Of a DNA stretch of 64,000 nt, positions 63,023 through 64,000 are shown in pieces; positions within the stretch are counted from its first letter, which is position 1, and every line of letters starts with the position of its first letter. The notes under the pieces are model-generated. The model had not been told where the DNA came from. It made no database searches and saw only the letters and a program-made list of their open reading frames with translations. Where the stretch lies: contig CAYLXA010000006.1 of assembly GCA_964387845.1 (NCBI GenBank), positions 96,001 to 160,000 of the forward strand, read 5' to 3'. Source of the DNA: an uncultured bacterium (GTDB lineage: Bacteria > Omnitrophota > Omnitrophia > Omnitrophales > Abzuiibacteriaceae). The position numbers and the translations under genes are program-made.

Positions 63023-64000
63023 TATCAGCCGATGAGCTTCTAAAAGACCTAAACGATGTGCAGCGCGACGCGGTCGCGGCAGACCCTTCACAGCCGCTTT
63101 TGATTGTAGCGGGCGCCGGAAGCGGCAAGACACGGATTTTAACCCGCCGAATCGCATATTTCATCGCTAACAACATCCCTTCATTTCATATTCTCGGCAT
63201 TACATTTACCAACAAGGCCGCCGAAGAAATGCGCAAGCGTGTCGGCCAAATGGTTCATCATCAGGTCTGGATTTCCACGTTTCATTCAACGTGTTTGCAA
63301 ATTCTTCGAATGGACGGCGAGAAAATCGGACTCAAAAAAAGTTTCGCAATTTATGATGATACGGATCAGATTATTTTGATTAAGGAGTGCATGAAAGATT
63401 TGGGAATCAGCGACAAGCATATCAATCCCAAAGGTGCACGCGAAATGATTCAGCGCGCCAAAGACCAGCTCAGAACGCCGGAAGAAGTTGCGGAAGGTGC
63501 GCAGGATTATTTTGAAGAAACGGTCGCTAAGATTTATTCGCTTTATCAAGAAAAGCTTTCGGGCCTCAATGGCTGCGACTTTGGCGATTTGATTATGAAA
63601 ACCGTTCAGCTTTTCAACGCCCATCCGGGCGTTCTTGCGAGCTGGCAGGACCGGTTTCGTTATATTTTAATCGACGAGTATCAAGATACGAATCACGCGC
63701 AATATTCATTTGTGAATCAGTTGGCGGATAAATACAAGCAAATCACAGTAGTAGGCGATCCGGACCAATCGATTTACGCCTGGCGCGGCGCCAACATTGA
63801 GAACATTCTCCATTTTGAAGAAGATTATCCGAAGTGCTCGATATTGAAACTCGAGCAGAACTACAGGTCTACTCAAAACATTTTGGACGCGGCCAATAAC
63901 TTGATTCAAAAAAACGCCAGCCGAAAGCCCAAAAATTTGTGGACCGAGAATGATGAAGGCGAAAAGATTTCGCTTTATGAGGCGACGGATGAGTTGGATG
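63019..64000 (+). CDS. pcrA: UvrD/PcrA-type ATP-dependent DNA helicase (3' end outside window)
   Basis: [47 protein letters not shown]...[10 protein letters not shown]...LIDEYQDTN...GDPDQSIY. Helicase motifs I-III. The frame stays open to the window end. Confidence 0.9.
   Translation, partial: [327 protein letters not shown]

Noticed and set aside
1-64000. Searched intergenic regions for tRNA, rRNA and CRISPR repeats
   Set aside because: No cloverleaf-like conserved tRNA elements, rRNA-like stretches or regularly spaced direct repeats were seen. Intergenic regions are very short throughout.

Overview
The window is a bacterial chromosomal segment in which every credible gene lies on the + strand. 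It has three parts.

1. nt 1-21606 is a single uninterrupted reading frame. It is open from nt 1, so the true start lies upstream of the window, and it encodes at least 7201 aa. In order, the giant protein has:
- an N-terminal Pro/Glu/Val/Ala-rich linker;
- a Gly/Gln/Met-rich low-complexity segment;
- about 4000 aa of mostly alpha-helical, coiled-coil-like sequence that includes a block of four to five tandem repeats of roughly 75-80 aa;
- an embedded polytopic membrane domain of about 12 hydrophobic helices, some with GxxxG glycine-zipper patterning;
- two tandem HD-type phosphohydrolase-like modules, the first degenerate (KDFGK) and the second canonical (HDIGY...AHE...D);
- a C-terminal region of about 560 aa of unknown nature.
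This giant gene is the most unusual element in the window. I cannot assign it to any family I recognise.

2. nt 21651-44439 holds a small two-helix membrane protein, then a consensus sigma70 promoter with an attenuator-like leader. After that comes a housekeeping cluster: nusA, infB, DUF503, rbfA, nrnA-like DHH phosphoesterase, truB, ribF, rpsO, pnp, dut, ftsK, a class-I glutamine amidotransferase-like protein, a HAD hydrolase, bolA, grx4 and mgtE. Next are an AAA+ (archaeal-type) ATPase, a HIT hydrolase and a dGTPase-like HD hydrolase, followed by a GAF-HD-GYP protein whose HD dyad looks degenerate. Three small membrane or exported proteins close this part, the last of them TonB-C-like.

3. 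nt 44546-64000 carries a compact division and cell-wall cluster, murE-murF-mraY-murD-ftsW-murG-murC-murB-ddl-ftsQ-ftsA. It has no ftsZ after ftsA and no mraZ, rsmH, ftsL or ftsI before murE. It runs straight into gcvT-gcvH-gcvPA-gcvPB, then a lipoate-protein ligase family gene, a small hypothetical gene and the 5' part of a UvrD/PcrA helicase.

I saw no rRNA, tRNA, CRISPR array, transposase or integrase. Many adjacent genes overlap by 1-4 nt (ATGA-type), which suggests translational coupling. All domain calls were made by eye on the translations and need profile-based confirmation.
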